Below, in pieces: positions 53,601-63,586 of a stretch of DNA of 64,000 nucleotides (within the stretch, counting starts at the first letter, position 1; each line of letters begins with the position of its first letter). The DNA is taken from positions 1,088,001 through 1,152,000 of the forward strand of contig OY970166.1 in NCBI GenBank assembly GCA_963706595.1. The letters are read 5' to 3'. The translations under genes were made by a program, and so were the position numbers. The notes beneath the pieces were generated by a model that had not been told where the DNA came from, did not search any database, and saw only the letters and a list, made by a program, of their open reading frames with translations. Source of the stretch: an uncultured cyanobacterium. GTDB lineage: Bacteria; Cyanobacteriota; Cyanobacteriia; Cyanobacteriales; Nostocaceae.

Positions 53601-54952
53601 TTTGGGGTCGTTCCTGTGAAAGTCTTTATGAAAATCCCAGGTCTTTTATGGATTCTGTCTATGCTGACGATAGACAGCAAGTTACCATTGCAATGCAGAA
53701 TAAAAAACAAGGGTTTGATCTCGAATATCGCATTATTCGACCTGACGGTTCAATGCGTTGGATTCGGGATCGAGCTTTCCCCGTCAAGGATCAAACTGGG
53801 GAAGTATATCGAGTGATTGGTATTGCTGAAGACTTCACCCAGAGCAAAGAAGCCGCAGTCGCCCTTGAGCAAAGTCAAAATTTTCTCCGCCAGGTGATTG
53901 AGACCAATCCCAATCTCATTTTTGTCAAAGATTTGCAGGGAAGATATGTTCTAGCTAATCAAAATTTAGCAGCCATTTATGGGACAACAGTTAAAGAATT
54001 AATTGGTAAAACTGATGCAGATTTCCATCTTGATCCCGTTGAGTTGGCATACTTAGAATCAATAAATCAGCAGGTGATAACGACGTTGCAACCTCATACC
54101 ATACCCGAAAGAATAATCATTTCTGCTACCGGAGAAGTTCGCTATTTCCAAATTATTAAATCTCCTTTGATAGCTGCTGATGGTAAAGCCTATAGAATTC
54201 TCGGAGTATTCACTGATATCACCGAACGGAAGCGAGCCGAACTAGAAATTTGCAAAGCTTTAGAACGAGAAAAAGAACTCGGTGAACTGAAGTCGCGTTT
54301 TGTATCTATGACTTCCCATGAGTTCCGCACCCCTTTAGCTGTAATTTCTTCTTCAGCCGGCATTTTGAAAGATTTTGGTCACAAAATCGACGACGAGAGA
54401 AAGAAAAAACACTTGGATTGTATCCAAACCTATGTCAAACACACGACGCAACTATTAGATGATATTTTATTAATTAATAAAGCAGAGAATGGTAAGCTAG
54501 CTTTTGAGCCTGCTCCCTTAGATTTAATTCCTTTCTGCCAAAAGTTAACTGAGGAAATACAATTGAGTTCGCCCAATCACACCATTATTTTTTCTAGTAA
54601 TCTCCAGGCTGCTGTTAATAGGAATTTGGATAAAAAACTACTCCGGCAAATTTTAATCAATTTACTTTCCAATGCTATTAAATATTCACCCGACTGTGCT
54701 ACAGTAAAATTTGACCTGAATATTACAGATTCCAATGTGGTTTTTAGTATTCAAGACCAAGGTATTGGTATTCCGGAAGTAGACAAAGTTAAATTATTTG
54801 AATCTTTTCACCGTGCAAGCAATGTAGGTAATATTCCCGGTACAGGCTTAGGGTTATCAATTGTGGTCAAATGTGTTGAATTACACAACGGAACAATTTC
54901 GATTAATAGCACAGTGGGTAGGGGGACGACTTTTATTGTGGCAATTTCCTGA
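50618..54952 (+). CDS. multi-sensor histidine kinase: CBS pairs, cyanobacteriochrome GAF (DXCF), GAF, four PAS, HisKA/HATPase
   Basis: GIFTERD and GIITERD (CBS); DDPCF, DCQ and LWGLLCAHQ (CBCR-type GAF); PAS/PAC motifs; SHEFRTPL, GTGLGL. Confidence 0.92.
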   Translation: MSTKFFSDSDIEKSILPCPLTLSGETLAIEAVRLMSQVRDTCDLTSTLVESDVNRLNHAEQASCVLVFEKKKLVGIFTERDIVKYTALGLNLEQATLAEVMTQIPVTLKKSQFTNIFIALNLFRQYKIRHLVVVDDQHDVVGLVTPTTARQLIQAADMLKIRSVNEAKTCEVIQAPPTASVLNLAQLMAKYSVSSVVITTSDSQPIGIITERDIVQIQALELDIRNIEAHIVMSSPLFSLHPQQSLWEAHQQMQAQRIRRLVVVGDRNELLGIVTQNSILYCIDPREMSGTVSFLQEQVYQLESEKLQILKKQNIELEIQVQERTAQLIQQANSDRLLATLSQQIRKSLDLKSILHTTVSEIRGYLQTERVVIYQFEPEWTGRIVAESLAPKTTSLLGRAIDDPCFGSNWLEAYAKGRVRKIEDIYTSGFADCQIQLLETAEIRANLIIPIVYNQQLWGLLCAHQSSQPRAWDTLEVELLEKLSNQIAIAIQQSQLYEQAQQQWTERKRMEEALRNIALGVSAQTGEVFFQSLVQYLAKALTVDYALVGRLVNEGTDYIQTIAICADGEIRENFNYSLQDSPCYQAINNNVKGVYFQPSQVQQQFPLNRNMAEMEAEGYMGITIYDSTGKVLGILAVVSRQPLHDIEFISEILQIFSVRIASELERTQAERNLKKLNEELEIRIAERTAELQKINQNLLLEVKERKQAEKTLQKQLTAIEATIDGIAILDSEKYVYLNKSHVQMFGYDTAEELISKSWKKFYNPDEIARFEREIIPIATQAKNWRGEAIAKRRDGSTFHQEVSLTLTKDGELICVSRDMTESKQAQAQLQKLLLELSNFKYALDQSAIVAITNPQGQITYANDKFCEISQYSRAELIGSSHRIINSGYHSHKYFQQLWSTITKGQVWRGEIKNRAKDGTYYWVDTTIVPFLDNNRKPWQYLAIRNDITNRKQAKSDLQHSEQKFRQFAENLHQVFWMTDPEQFEMLYISPAYEEIWGRSCESLYENPRSFMDSVYADDRQQVTIAMQNKKQGFDLEYRIIRPDGSMRWIRDRAFPVKDQTGEVYRVIGIAEDFTQSKEAAVALEQSQNFLRQVIETNPNLIFVKDLQGRYVLANQNLAAIYGTTVKELIGKTDADFHLDPVELAYLESINQQVITTLQPHTIPERIIISATGEVRYFQIIKSPLIAADGKAYRILGVFTDITERKRAELEICKALEREKELGELKSRFVSMTSHEFRTPLAVISSSAGILKDFGHKIDDERKKKHLDCIQTYVKHTTQLLDDILLINKAENGKLAFEPAPLDLIPFCQKLTEEIQLSSPNHTIIFSSNLQAAVNRNLDKKLLRQILINLLSNAIKYSPDCATVKFDLNITDSNVVFSIQDQGIGIPEVDKVKLFESFHRASNVGNIPGTGLGLSIVVKCVELHNGTISINSTVGRGTTFIVAIS

Positions 54953-55025
54953 GTATATCTAACTTTTTTGCCCAAGTTTATCAACAATACTCTTAGATAG
55001 GTCTATATGAGGTTACTTTTCAGTT

Positions 55026-55400
55026 ATGAGCTTAATTCTAGTAATTGAAGACGAAACTCAAATTCTGTTAAATCTGCAAGAAATTTTAGAACTAGGAGAT
55101 TTCTCCGTTATTACCGCCGCAGACGGCACAATCGGCTTACAGTTAGCTAAAAGCCAAAATCCTGATTTGATTATCTGTGACATTATGATGCCAGGGTTAA
55201 ATGGCTATGAAGTGTTACAAGAATTGCGACGAGATCCTACGGTTGCTGATATCCCTCTGATTTTTCTCACCGCTAAAGCAGAACGTAATGATTTGCTTCA
55301 AGGTATGGATTTAGGGGCTGATGCTTATATTACCAAACCTTTTGAGCCGTTGGAAATCTTAGAAGCGGTAAAAGCAAGTTTAGAAAGACATGAAAATTAA
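55026..55400 (+). CDS. single-domain response regulator
   Basis: LVIEDE, DLIICDIMMP, FLTA and KPF motifs. Confidence 0.92.
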   Translation: MSLILVIEDETQILLNLQEILELGDFSVITAADGTIGLQLAKSQNPDLIICDIMMPGLNGYEVLQELRRDPTVADIPLIFLTAKAERNDLLQGMDLGADAYITKPFEPLEILEAVKASLERHEN

Positions 55401-55423
55401 GCACCTTTGAAAGAGGCTCATAT

Positions 55424-56773
55424 TTAGGCGATGCGCTTTCTCAAAGGTAACTTGACAGTAAAATTACTACCTGTTGCTAATTCACTGTGTACATCTATAC
55501 TGCCATTGTGGGCATGAACAATTGCTTGAGCGATCGCCAATCCTAATCCAGAACCGCCAGTTTTACGAGAGCGATCGCTATTAACTCGATAGAAGCGATC
55601 AAAAATTCTGGGAATCTCCGACTGGGGAATCCCAATACCTGTATCCTGCACCTGAATTACAGCATAATGGTCATTGCGACCTAAATCAATAGTAACTTTT
55701 CCCCCTGCTGGTGTGTATTGAATAGCATTAACAATTAAATTAGAAAATAGCCGATAAAGCTGATCTTCATTACCCATAACATTTAGAGATGCAGACATTC
55801 CGACCTGAGAAATTAATTTTATATCAGAGGCGATCGCTAATGCTGCAAATTCCTCAATCAAGTCACTAATAATATCATTCAAACAACACAAATTATATTG
55901 TATAGATACAGCTTGACGGTCTAAACGAGTCAGTAATAATAAATCTGTCACCAAAGTAGTAAGTCGTTGATTCTGACGTTGTATAGTTTTGAGAATCTCC
56001 CGCGCCTCCATCTCATCAAGTTGGGACATAAACAGCGTTGATTCCACCGTCGCCTGTGTTGCGGCTAAAGGTGTGCGTAACTCGTGCGCTGCGTCGGCTG
56101 TAAATTGCTGAACTTGTTGGTATGAAAGATAAATTGGCTGCATAGCTAAACCAGCTAACCACCAACTAGCAAAACCCACCAAACCCAAAGCTATTGGTAA
56201 ACCCAAAGCCAAAGTTAATTTTATAGTTTCCAAATATGTATTAAAATCTTCAAGACTTCGCCCAACTTGAATATAACCCCAATCGAGATTATCTTGAGTG
56301 TGCAGAACAAAAGAAATTTGTTGATAAATAACACCTTGATTGTCCTTCAAAGTTTGCCAATTTTCCTGATTAAACTCTGAAGATAAACCCTTTGGATAAG
56401 CGCCAGCAATAGCAATCAAACGTTTAGAATTATCAAAAAACCGCACATAATAATTACTTTGATTAATAGCACTCAAAACATGACGCTGAGAACGTGACTC
56501 TACTTGAATACAACCTTCACCAACTGCACAAATATTAGGTAAAAGCTGCTCCATTACAGGTGACAACTTCCCTGGTTCCTGTAACTTCAGTTCAATACTA
56601 TCATGTAGAGTTCCCGCAACAGATTCCAACTCACGATTTAAAGTTACCCATTGAGTATGAGAAACCACCCTATAAACCCCATACTCGCACAGGCTAAAAA
56701 TCACAGCCATCACCAGCGCATACCACAAACTCAAACGTAACCGCGTCTGCCAAAACAGCTTATTCTCATTCAT
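55424..56773 (-). CDS. rppB: RppB/NrsS-like sensor histidine kinase
   Basis: LFWQTRLRLSLWY, two TMs, QFTADAAHELRTPL, FDRFYRV..DRSR.TGGSGLGL. Confidence 0.8.
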   Translation of the reverse strand: MNENKLFWQTRLRLSLWYALVMAVIFSLCEYGVYRVVSHTQWVTLNRELESVAGTLHDSIELKLQEPGKLSPVMEQLLPNICAVGEGCIQVESRSQRHVLSAINQSNYYVRFFDNSKRLIAIAGAYPKGLSSEFNQENWQTLKDNQGVIYQQISFVLHTQDNLDWGYIQVGRSLEDFNTYLETIKLTLALGLPIALGLVGFASWWLAGLAMQPIYLSYQQVQQFTADAAHELRTPLAATQATVESTLFMSQLDEMEAREILKTIQRQNQRLTTLVTDLLLLTRLDRQAVSIQYNLCCLNDIISDLIEEFAALAIASDIKLISQVGMSASLNVMGNEDQLYRLFSNLIVNAIQYTPAGGKVTIDLGRNDHYAVIQVQDTGIGIPQSEIPRIFDRFYRVNSDRSRKTGGSGLGLAIAQAIVHAHNGSIDVHSELATGSNFTVKLPLRKRIA

Positions 56774-56875
56774 AAAACCATGCAATAAGCCCTTCTCTAA
56801 CTCTTATCTTTGCGCCTAACGCACTTCGTGCTTCGCTTCGCTGATGCGCCTTTGCGTGAAACCAATCCATATTCA

Positions 56876-57568
56876 TCAATTAAAATTAAACCGATAACCC
56901 AAACCATGTAAAGTTTCAATCATATTTTCACACCCACCATTAACCAACTTCCGCCGCAACAAACGCATTTGAGCCGCCACCACATTACTAACAGGTTCAG
57001 CACTCACCTCCCAAAGCTGATGACGAATTTGTTCAGTAGTCAGAATTTGGTTTGGGTGCTTCATAAAATACTCTAATAACTGAAACTCCTTATAAGTCAG
57101 AATAATTTCCTGAAAATTCCCCACAGCATCTTGACTACAAACTACATTATTACCGTAATCTAAAGTCAGATTACCCACAGTTAATTTCTGGGGCTGAAAT
57201 TGAGGAGACCTTCTTTGCAAAGCGCGTAACCGTGCTAACAATTCCGCCATCCCAAAAGGCTTAACTAAATAATCATCAGCCCCTGCATCTAACCCAGTAA
57301 CTTTATCCTCCATACTGTCCTTAGCAGTCAGCATCAATACAGGTAGAGAATTCTGATGTTTACGCAACCTTTTACACAATTCCAAACCAGAAATTTTAGG
57401 TAACATCCAATCAAAAATAGCTAAAGTATACTCAGTCCAGCTATCTTCTAAATATACCCATGCTGCATCTCCATCAATTACCCAATCAACTAAATACTTG
57501 TGTTGAGTAAGAGTCCGTTTAATAGCAGCACCTAAATCTGGTTCATCCTCGACAAGTAAAACCCTCAT
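56876..57568 (-). CDS. rppA: RppA/NrsR-like OmpR family response regulator
   Basis: MRVLLVEDEPDLG, AIFDWMLP, SNVVAAQMRLLRRKL and IET..G.GYR motifs. Confidence 0.82.
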   Translation of the reverse strand: MRVLLVEDEPDLGAAIKRTLTQHKYLVDWVIDGDAAWVYLEDSWTEYTLAIFDWMLPKISGLELCKRLRKHQNSLPVLMLTAKDSMEDKVTGLDAGADDYLVKPFGMAELLARLRALQRRSPQFQPQKLTVGNLTLDYGNNVVCSQDAVGNFQEIILTYKEFQLLEYFMKHPNQILTTEQIRHQLWEVSAEPVSNVVAAQMRLLRRKLVNGGCENMIETLHGLGYRFNFN

Positions 57569-57654
57569 TAGCCTTTTATTTATGTAAAAATCGGTTGTCC
57601 ATTTAAAGTTATTGTAGGTTGGGTAGAACAAAGTGAAACCCAACAAATCCGCAT

Positions 57655-57760
57655 TATAGCAATTCCCCTTCAAGTGAGGTACAAGCAGTAATAATTAAAC
57701 GCAGATGGACGCAGATAAACGCAGATAATTTTGTACTTTATTAGACTAGGAAATGCTATA
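57655..57760. repeat. TATAGCA...TGCTATA element with internal (A/G)ACGCAGAT repeats
   Basis: Inverted ends shared with other TATAGC-ended elements in the window. Confidence 0.6.
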
Positions 57761-57801
57761 GGGAATAAAGGACTAAAGTCCTTACTACGAACAAATGCTT
57801 T

Positions 57802-58380
57802 TTATGCCAAAATTTGTTGTAAATTTAAGGTGAAATCGGGAAGTACATCTTCACCTGATAAACTTGTAGGAGATTGTAAAACTTCTGGTGGTTGATGAGG
57901 ACGATAAACTTCTACTTGTTGGTCATGGGGATTAATTAACCAACCAAGTTGTAAACCATTGGCTAAATATTCACGCATTTTGGCTTGAGTGTCTGCTAAA
58001 TCATCAGTTTCAGAAACCAATTCCACAGCAAAATCAGGACACAGAGGCAGAAATTTCTTTCTTTGTTGAGGTGTGAGACTATCCCATTTTTCCATCCTTA
58101 TCCAAGCAGCATCAGGAGAACGAGTTGCACCATTAGGAAGTTTAAAGCCAGTGGAAGAATCAAAAGCTTTACCCAAATTATATTGACGGTTCCAAAACCA
58201 TACTTGACCTAATAAATCAAAATTCCGGTTTCCCGTTTCTCCCCCAGTTGGTGACATGATAACTAATTCCCCTTCAGCAGATAATTCCAAACGTAAATCC
58301 TTGTTAGCAGCAACAACCTGAGCAAATTCGTCATCAGTAAATTGGAGATTAGCAGGTAATTGTAAAGTTAAAGCGCTCAT
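57802..58380 (-). CDS. Uma2 family endonuclease-fold protein
   Basis: MSPTGG, FDSSTGFKLPNGA.RSPD, PDFAVELVS, KM.EY..NG..LGWLI motifs. Confidence 0.95.
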   Translation of the reverse strand: MSALTLQLPANLQFTDDEFAQVVAANKDLRLELSAEGELVIMSPTGGETGNRNFDLLGQVWFWNRQYNLGKAFDSSTGFKLPNGATRSPDAAWIRMEKWDSLTPQQRKKFLPLCPDFAVELVSETDDLADTQAKMREYLANGLQLGWLINPHDQQVEVYRPHQPPEVLQSPTSLSGEDVLPDFTLNLQQILA

Positions 58381-58594
58381 AATTACTTCCTCCAGCCTCT
58401 AAAACATAGGAACTGCATCTTCTAACCATTATCGGTTAAAACTAAAACGCCCGTTGAGCTTTTCACCTTGAACATCTGCAAATAATTGGTAAAATATTCC
58501 TCCTCTTTTCTTGGCGTTCTTGGCGACTTGGCGGTTCGTTCATCTTTCTAACTCATTTAAACTTGCCATACATACAAATGAAGATTTACGTAAC

Positions 58595-61500
58595 TTACCA
58601 CTCCCAAACTGCGCCCACAGCCTTACCATTTTCCACATTCCCAGAAAGCTGTATTTCCTGCGGAATTAGGAACCTACCAAATTGAGCATATAAAGCAGGT
58701 AAAACCAACAAAGTTAAAGCTGTAGAAGTAAACAAACCACCCAAGACAACCACAGCCAAAGGCTGCAAAATTTCCTTACCAGCACCCGTTCCAACCACCA
58801 AAGGAACCATTCCTAAAGCCGAAGTTAAAGCCGTCATTAAAATAGCAACTAAACGCTCCATTGAACCCTGAAAAATCACCTCCTTTAAAGGCATTCCCTC
58901 CGCCAACTTGTGATTATAATTATCTACTAACAACAAACCGTTACGTGTCGCCACCCCAAACAAAGTAATAAACCCCACCAACGAAGCCACAGAAATAATT
59001 CCCCCTCCCAGCGCAATAGAAAAGATACCCCCCACCAGTGCTAGAGGTAAATTAACCATAATCATCAACATAGCCGCAACAGACTTAACAGCAAAATACA
59101 TTAAAACTGCAATAATTAAAAATGCTATGCCCCCAAATAACAGTAGATTTGCGGTGGCGCGTTGTTCTGATTCAAACTGTCCGCCGTATTGGATAAAGTA
59201 ACCTGTGGGTAACTGTATTGACTGACTAATTTTGGTTTGAATTTCATCTACCACAGAACCTAAATCTCGACCAGATACGTTTGCAGATATGACTATCAAA
59301 CGTGAAACATTTTCGCGGTTAATCGTATTCGGTCCAGTCCCATAGTTTATACTGGCGACTTGAGCGAGGGGGATTTTTTGACCTGTGGGAGTATCTACTA
59401 ATAAGTTACGAATAATGTCTAAATTATTGCGTGATTCCGGCTGTAACCACACCACCAAATCAAATAATTGTTGTCCTTCCAGCACTTGAGACACAACTCG
59501 CCCATTCAGTGCTGTTTCTAACGTATGACTCAAATTTCCCACAGTTAAGCCATAACGGGCGGCGGCTTCTCTGCTAAATTTAATTTGCACCTGTCTAATG
59601 GGGACTTGGGGTTCGAGTTGTAAATCTACCAGTCCGGGAACATCCCCCATGACAGCTTCAATTTCTGACCCCAAACGGCGCAATTCTGGTAAATCATGGC
59701 CAAATATTTTGACTGCGATCGCACTTCTTACTCCTGATAATACCTCATCCATGCGATGGGAAATAAAACCGCCAATACTCGGCGCAACTCCGGGAATCTT
59801 AGCAAACTCAGCGCGTAGCTTCTCAATACTGGCTTCCCGATTCTGCAAACCCTCATCACTGAGTTCCACATCTAAATGACCCAAATTCACCCCTCCTGCA
59901 TCTGCATCACCAGGGGCGCGTCCAGACCTTAACTGCACAGTTTTAAATCGTTTGTCGTCCTTGAGTGCATCCTGTAAAGCAAATCCCACTTGATTAGTCG
60001 CTTCCAGGGAACTTCCAGGATAAAGCACCATCGCATTCACTAAAGATGATTCCTGAAACTCAGGTAAAAACACCCGTCCCAGAGTCGGCAAAATTACCAA
60101 GGAGGCTATTAAGGAAGCTGTAGCTACAACTAAAATCACTTTGGGAAAACCCGTAGCAAAACTGAGGAGAGGTCGATAAAAGCGCTGTGCTAAAGCACTC
60201 ACCCAAGTATCATCTGTGGGTAGTTGTCGATTTGCTAATAAAATCGCGCAAAGTGCCGGGGATAGAGTCATAGCCACGAAAGTTGAAGCAAAAATTGATA
60301 CCAAATAGGCGACTCCCATCGGTGCAAAGATTCGACCTTCTACACCTGTGAAGGTGAAAATAGGGGCAAAGACAACGGCAATAATTACTGTAGAAAAAAT
60401 TACGCTGACTCTCACAGCCACAGAGGTATCATAAACCACCTTAAAAGGATGCACCGGATTTTTGGCTACTTGGTTCTGGCGTAAACCCCGGTAACAATTT
60501 TCCATGTCCACAATGGAGTCATCCACCACCGAACCAATAGCCACGGCTAAACCTCCCAGAGTCATAGTATTGATACCTTGACCAAACCAGCCAAGAATCA
60601 TCATCCCAATTAATACTGATAGAGGAATGGCGCTTAGAGTAATGATGGCGGTACGCCAGTTCATTAAAAACATTAACAGGATAATGCAAACGATAATTAT
60701 CCCATCTCTGAGGGAACTGGTAACATTTTGAATCGCAGCTGTAATAAAGTTTTCTTGGCGAAAGGTTTCTGTAACTGTGATATCTGCGGGTAAGCCAGCT
60801 TTGACTTCTGTCATCGCTTGTTCGATGGCTTTCGTGACTGTCGGCGTGTCATTCTGCGGTTGCTTATTAATTAACACTACAACGGCTGGCTGACCATCCA
60901 AACTACCATCCCCACGCTTTAAACCTGCACCAATACGGACATCTGCCACATCTTGCAGTAACACAGGTGTATTATTACGAGAGGTTATGGCTGATTTCCC
61001 TAGTTCCTCAATAGACTCAATGCGCCCCAATCCCCGAATAATTAGCTCTTGGTCGGGATTTATCAAAAAACCACCCGCAGCGTTAACGTTAGCTTCCCTA
61101 GTGGCTGCTGTGACTTCATCCAAGGTGACATTAAAGGCTTGCAGTTTGTCCGGATTTACTAAAACCTGATATTGGCGCACATCTCCACCATAAGCAATGA
61201 CTTGGGATACTCCAGGTACAGCTAACAGCCGATTGGTAATATCTCTGTCTACTAAGCGCCGCACTTCCATGAGTGGGAGAGTTTTGGAGGTGAAGGCGTA
61301 TTGTAGAACTGTGGCGATGGGGGAAGTGATGGGGGAAATTTGCGGGTTTTCTACACCTTCTGGTAGTTTTTGTTGTGCTTGTTGTAACCTTTCTGTGACT
61401 AGTTGTCGAGCTTGATAAACGTCTGTGTTCCAGTTGAAGATGACTTTGACGACGGATATTCCTACGGCTGAGGCGGAACGGACGGTTTCTACTCCTGGTG

Positions 61501-61726
61501 TGCCATTGACGGCGCTTTCTATGGGTAGGGTGATTAAGGTTTCTATTTCTTCTGGTGCTAGTCCTGGGGCTTCTGTTTGAATTTCTACTTGGGGTGGGGC
61601 GAAGTCGGGGAGGACATCTAGGGGCATCTGGGTGAGGTTATATACTCCTAAGCAGGTGATTATGATGGCGCTGAGGACTACTAGCCAGCGTTGGATTATT
61701 GACCATTTGAGGATTGTGTTGAGCAT
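58595..61726 (-). CDS. CusA/CzcA/NrsA family heavy-metal RND efflux transporter
   Basis: PQVEIQTEAPG, INTMTLGGLAVAIGSVVDDSIV..EN, VGFITLFGVATRNG and ERL.AILMTA motifs. Confidence 0.95.
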   Translation of the reverse strand: MLNTILKWSIIQRWLVVLSAIIITCLGVYNLTQMPLDVLPDFAPPQVEIQTEAPGLAPEEIETLITLPIESAVNGTPGVETVRSASAVGISVVKVIFNWNTDVYQARQLVTERLQQAQQKLPEGVENPQISPITSPIATVLQYAFTSKTLPLMEVRRLVDRDITNRLLAVPGVSQVIAYGGDVRQYQVLVNPDKLQAFNVTLDEVTAATREANVNAAGGFLINPDQELIIRGLGRIESIEELGKSAITSRNNTPVLLQDVADVRIGAGLKRGDGSLDGQPAVVVLINKQPQNDTPTVTKAIEQAMTEVKAGLPADITVTETFRQENFITAAIQNVTSSLRDGIIIVCIILLMFLMNWRTAIITLSAIPLSVLIGMMILGWFGQGINTMTLGGLAVAIGSVVDDSIVDMENCYRGLRQNQVAKNPVHPFKVVYDTSVAVRVSVIFSTVIIAVVFAPIFTFTGVEGRIFAPMGVAYLVSIFASTFVAMTLSPALCAILLANRQLPTDDTWVSALAQRFYRPLLSFATGFPKVILVVATASLIASLVILPTLGRVFLPEFQESSLVNAMVLYPGSSLEATNQVGFALQDALKDDKRFKTVQLRSGRAPGDADAGGVNLGHLDVELSDEGLQNREASIEKLRAEFAKIPGVAPSIGGFISHRMDEVLSGVRSAIAVKIFGHDLPELRRLGSEIEAVMGDVPGLVDLQLEPQVPIRQVQIKFSREAAARYGLTVGNLSHTLETALNGRVVSQVLEGQQLFDLVVWLQPESRNNLDIIRNLLVDTPTGQKIPLAQVASINYGTGPNTINRENVSRLIVISANVSGRDLGSVVDEIQTKISQSIQLPTGYFIQYGGQFESEQRATANLLLFGGIAFLIIAVLMYFAVKSVAAMLMIMVNLPLALVGGIFSIALGGGIISVASLVGFITLFGVATRNGLLLVDNYNHKLAEGMPLKEVIFQGSMERLVAILMTALTSALGMVPLVVGTGAGKEILQPLAVVVLGGLFTSTALTLLVLPALYAQFGRFLIPQEIQLSGNVENGKAVGAVWEW

Positions 61727-61896
61727 GGAGGTGGAGGAGGATTTTTAACGCAAAGGGGCGCGGAGGTTAGCGCAAAGGTACGCGGAGAGTTATTTGGTGT
61801 TTTATTTGGAGGAGTAACGTTCGCGTAGCGTGCGCGAAGCGCATACCGCAGAGGCACAGAGGACTTAGAGGAATGAGGTTTTAGAGAGTTTTTGCG

Positions 61897-63450
61897 TTAT
61901 TTCTGTATTTCTTGGTCTAGGTGGGGGTTGGCTGCTGGTAGTAAATGCGACTGGCGGCGGTGTGTCCAGATGGCTCCTGTGATGAAGGCTAAACAGGCGA
62001 TCGCACTTCCTCCAATTCCTATCAGCCACAGTGGTAAACTTGATGTTGTGATCACAGGTGTGTGTTCATGTTCTGCGGTTGTGGTTGGACTTCCACCCCG
62101 CAAGGTTTGAGCATACAGTTGGGGCGCACGTTGAGTAACTATTAAGTCTCCTTCAAATAAGCCTGTTTTGATTTCTACCATGTCGCCGGAGGTTTGACCC
62201 AAGGTGACTTCTACTGGTTGATAGGCGTTACCATTTTGTATATATACTTGTTTGATATTATTGGCTTCTACTACAGCTGAACTGGGTATGACTAAGATGG
62301 GTGCAGATGTTTGGTCTGTGAGAACTTCTAATTCTGCAAACATCCCTGGTTTCAGGATTCCCCCTGGGTTACTAATTTCAGCTTTCACAGGGATAACTCG
62401 CGTTTCACCTTTGACTACAAAATCAATCACGGTAATGCGTCCAGTAAATGTCCGGTCAGGTAAAGATGCAATTCTGACTAATATCTGTTGTCCGTTTCTG
62501 ACTCGCTCTAAATCTTTTTCATATATATTCGCTGTGGCAAATACCCGACTGTCGTTGACAATGGTCATGAGTGTGTCCCCTGCATCTTGGAATGATTGAC
62601 CAAGGGTAACTTCTCGGTTTGCCACTGTACCAGAAATTGGGGCTGTAATTGTGACTAATCCTTTAGCATTACCACGAATACCTAATTGTTGCAGCCGAGT
62701 TTCATAGATATTATTACTGAGACTCACTCGTGATTTAGCTACTTCCACAGCAGCTTGGGCGCGTTGGACTTGATTTTGAGCCGCAATTACATCACGACTG
62801 CTGTTAGCTGTAGCTAGTTGTGATTTAGCTTGAGCGAGTTGAGTTTGGGACTCTAAAGCATTACGCTGTGGTAAAGCCCCCGCATCAGCTAATTCTTGGT
62901 CTTTGCTGTACTTTTCTTGAGCAAAGGCGATTTGAGTTTGGGCTTCGGCGATTTCGGCGGCGGAAATTTCTTGCAAGCGAATATAATTTTGTTGAGCCAA
63001 TTTTAAATCAGCTTGGGCTTGTTGTAACTCCGCCCGACCTTGTGCCAACTTTTCCTCAGACTCCACCCGCAGCGATACCAACTCAGGACTAGACACCACA
63101 GCCACCGGTTGACCACGTTTAACCACAGTCCCAGGTTCAACCAATAACTCTACCACTTTCGCCCCAGCAATAGGAGTCGTCACTTGAGCTTCTTGACTAG
63201 GTAAAGTTTCTATCTGTCCAGTGGATTTCATACTCACAGCTAATGGCTGGCGTTTCACTGGTTCAACTTTAATACCTAGCCGTTGAGAAGTTTGAGCATC
63301 AACTTGAATTGGAGTCACAGAAGGAGTAGCATCACCTCCACTATGAAACTCATCACCATGTCCAGGATGAGCCACAACTACTACAGGATTAGCCAATAAC
63401 AACAAACTCAGCACCGCTAAAAATGCTGGGGAACGCAGAGAATTAGGCAT
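61897..63450 (-). CDS. RND efflux periplasmic adaptor (MFP) subunit with His-rich N-terminus
   Basis: Signal peptide then HPGHGDEFH; ITAPISG, LKPGMFA, IP.SAVV and GL.EGD motifs. Confidence 0.93.
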   Translation of the reverse strand: MPNSLRSPAFLAVLSLLLLANPVVVVAHPGHGDEFHSGGDATPSVTPIQVDAQTSQRLGIKVEPVKRQPLAVSMKSTGQIETLPSQEAQVTTPIAGAKVVELLVEPGTVVKRGQPVAVVSSPELVSLRVESEEKLAQGRAELQQAQADLKLAQQNYIRLQEISAAEIAEAQTQIAFAQEKYSKDQELADAGALPQRNALESQTQLAQAKSQLATANSSRDVIAAQNQVQRAQAAVEVAKSRVSLSNNIYETRLQQLGIRGNAKGLVTITAPISGTVANREVTLGQSFQDAGDTLMTIVNDSRVFATANIYEKDLERVRNGQQILVRIASLPDRTFTGRITVIDFVVKGETRVIPVKAEISNPGGILKPGMFAELEVLTDQTSAPILVIPSSAVVEANNIKQVYIQNGNAYQPVEVTLGQTSGDMVEIKTGLFEGDLIVTQRAPQLYAQTLRGGSPTTTAEHEHTPVITTSSLPLWLIGIGGSAIACLAFITGAIWTHRRQSHLLPAANPHLDQEIQK

Positions 63451-63586
63451 CGCAATCAAAAATCCTTACACCACGTCTTACTTACTTCTTCCTTCCTCAC
63501 TTGGCGCTCTTGGCGGCTTGGCGGTATGCGCTTCGCGCACGCTACGCGAACGATAATAAAATCCAAAACTTCATACACAACAGGTA

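Noticed and set aside
58538..58590. possible TTCAT direct-repeat (CopR-type) box upstream of Uma2/rppA
   Set aside because: Spacing does not fit an 11-bp period and the site overlaps a dispersed repeat.
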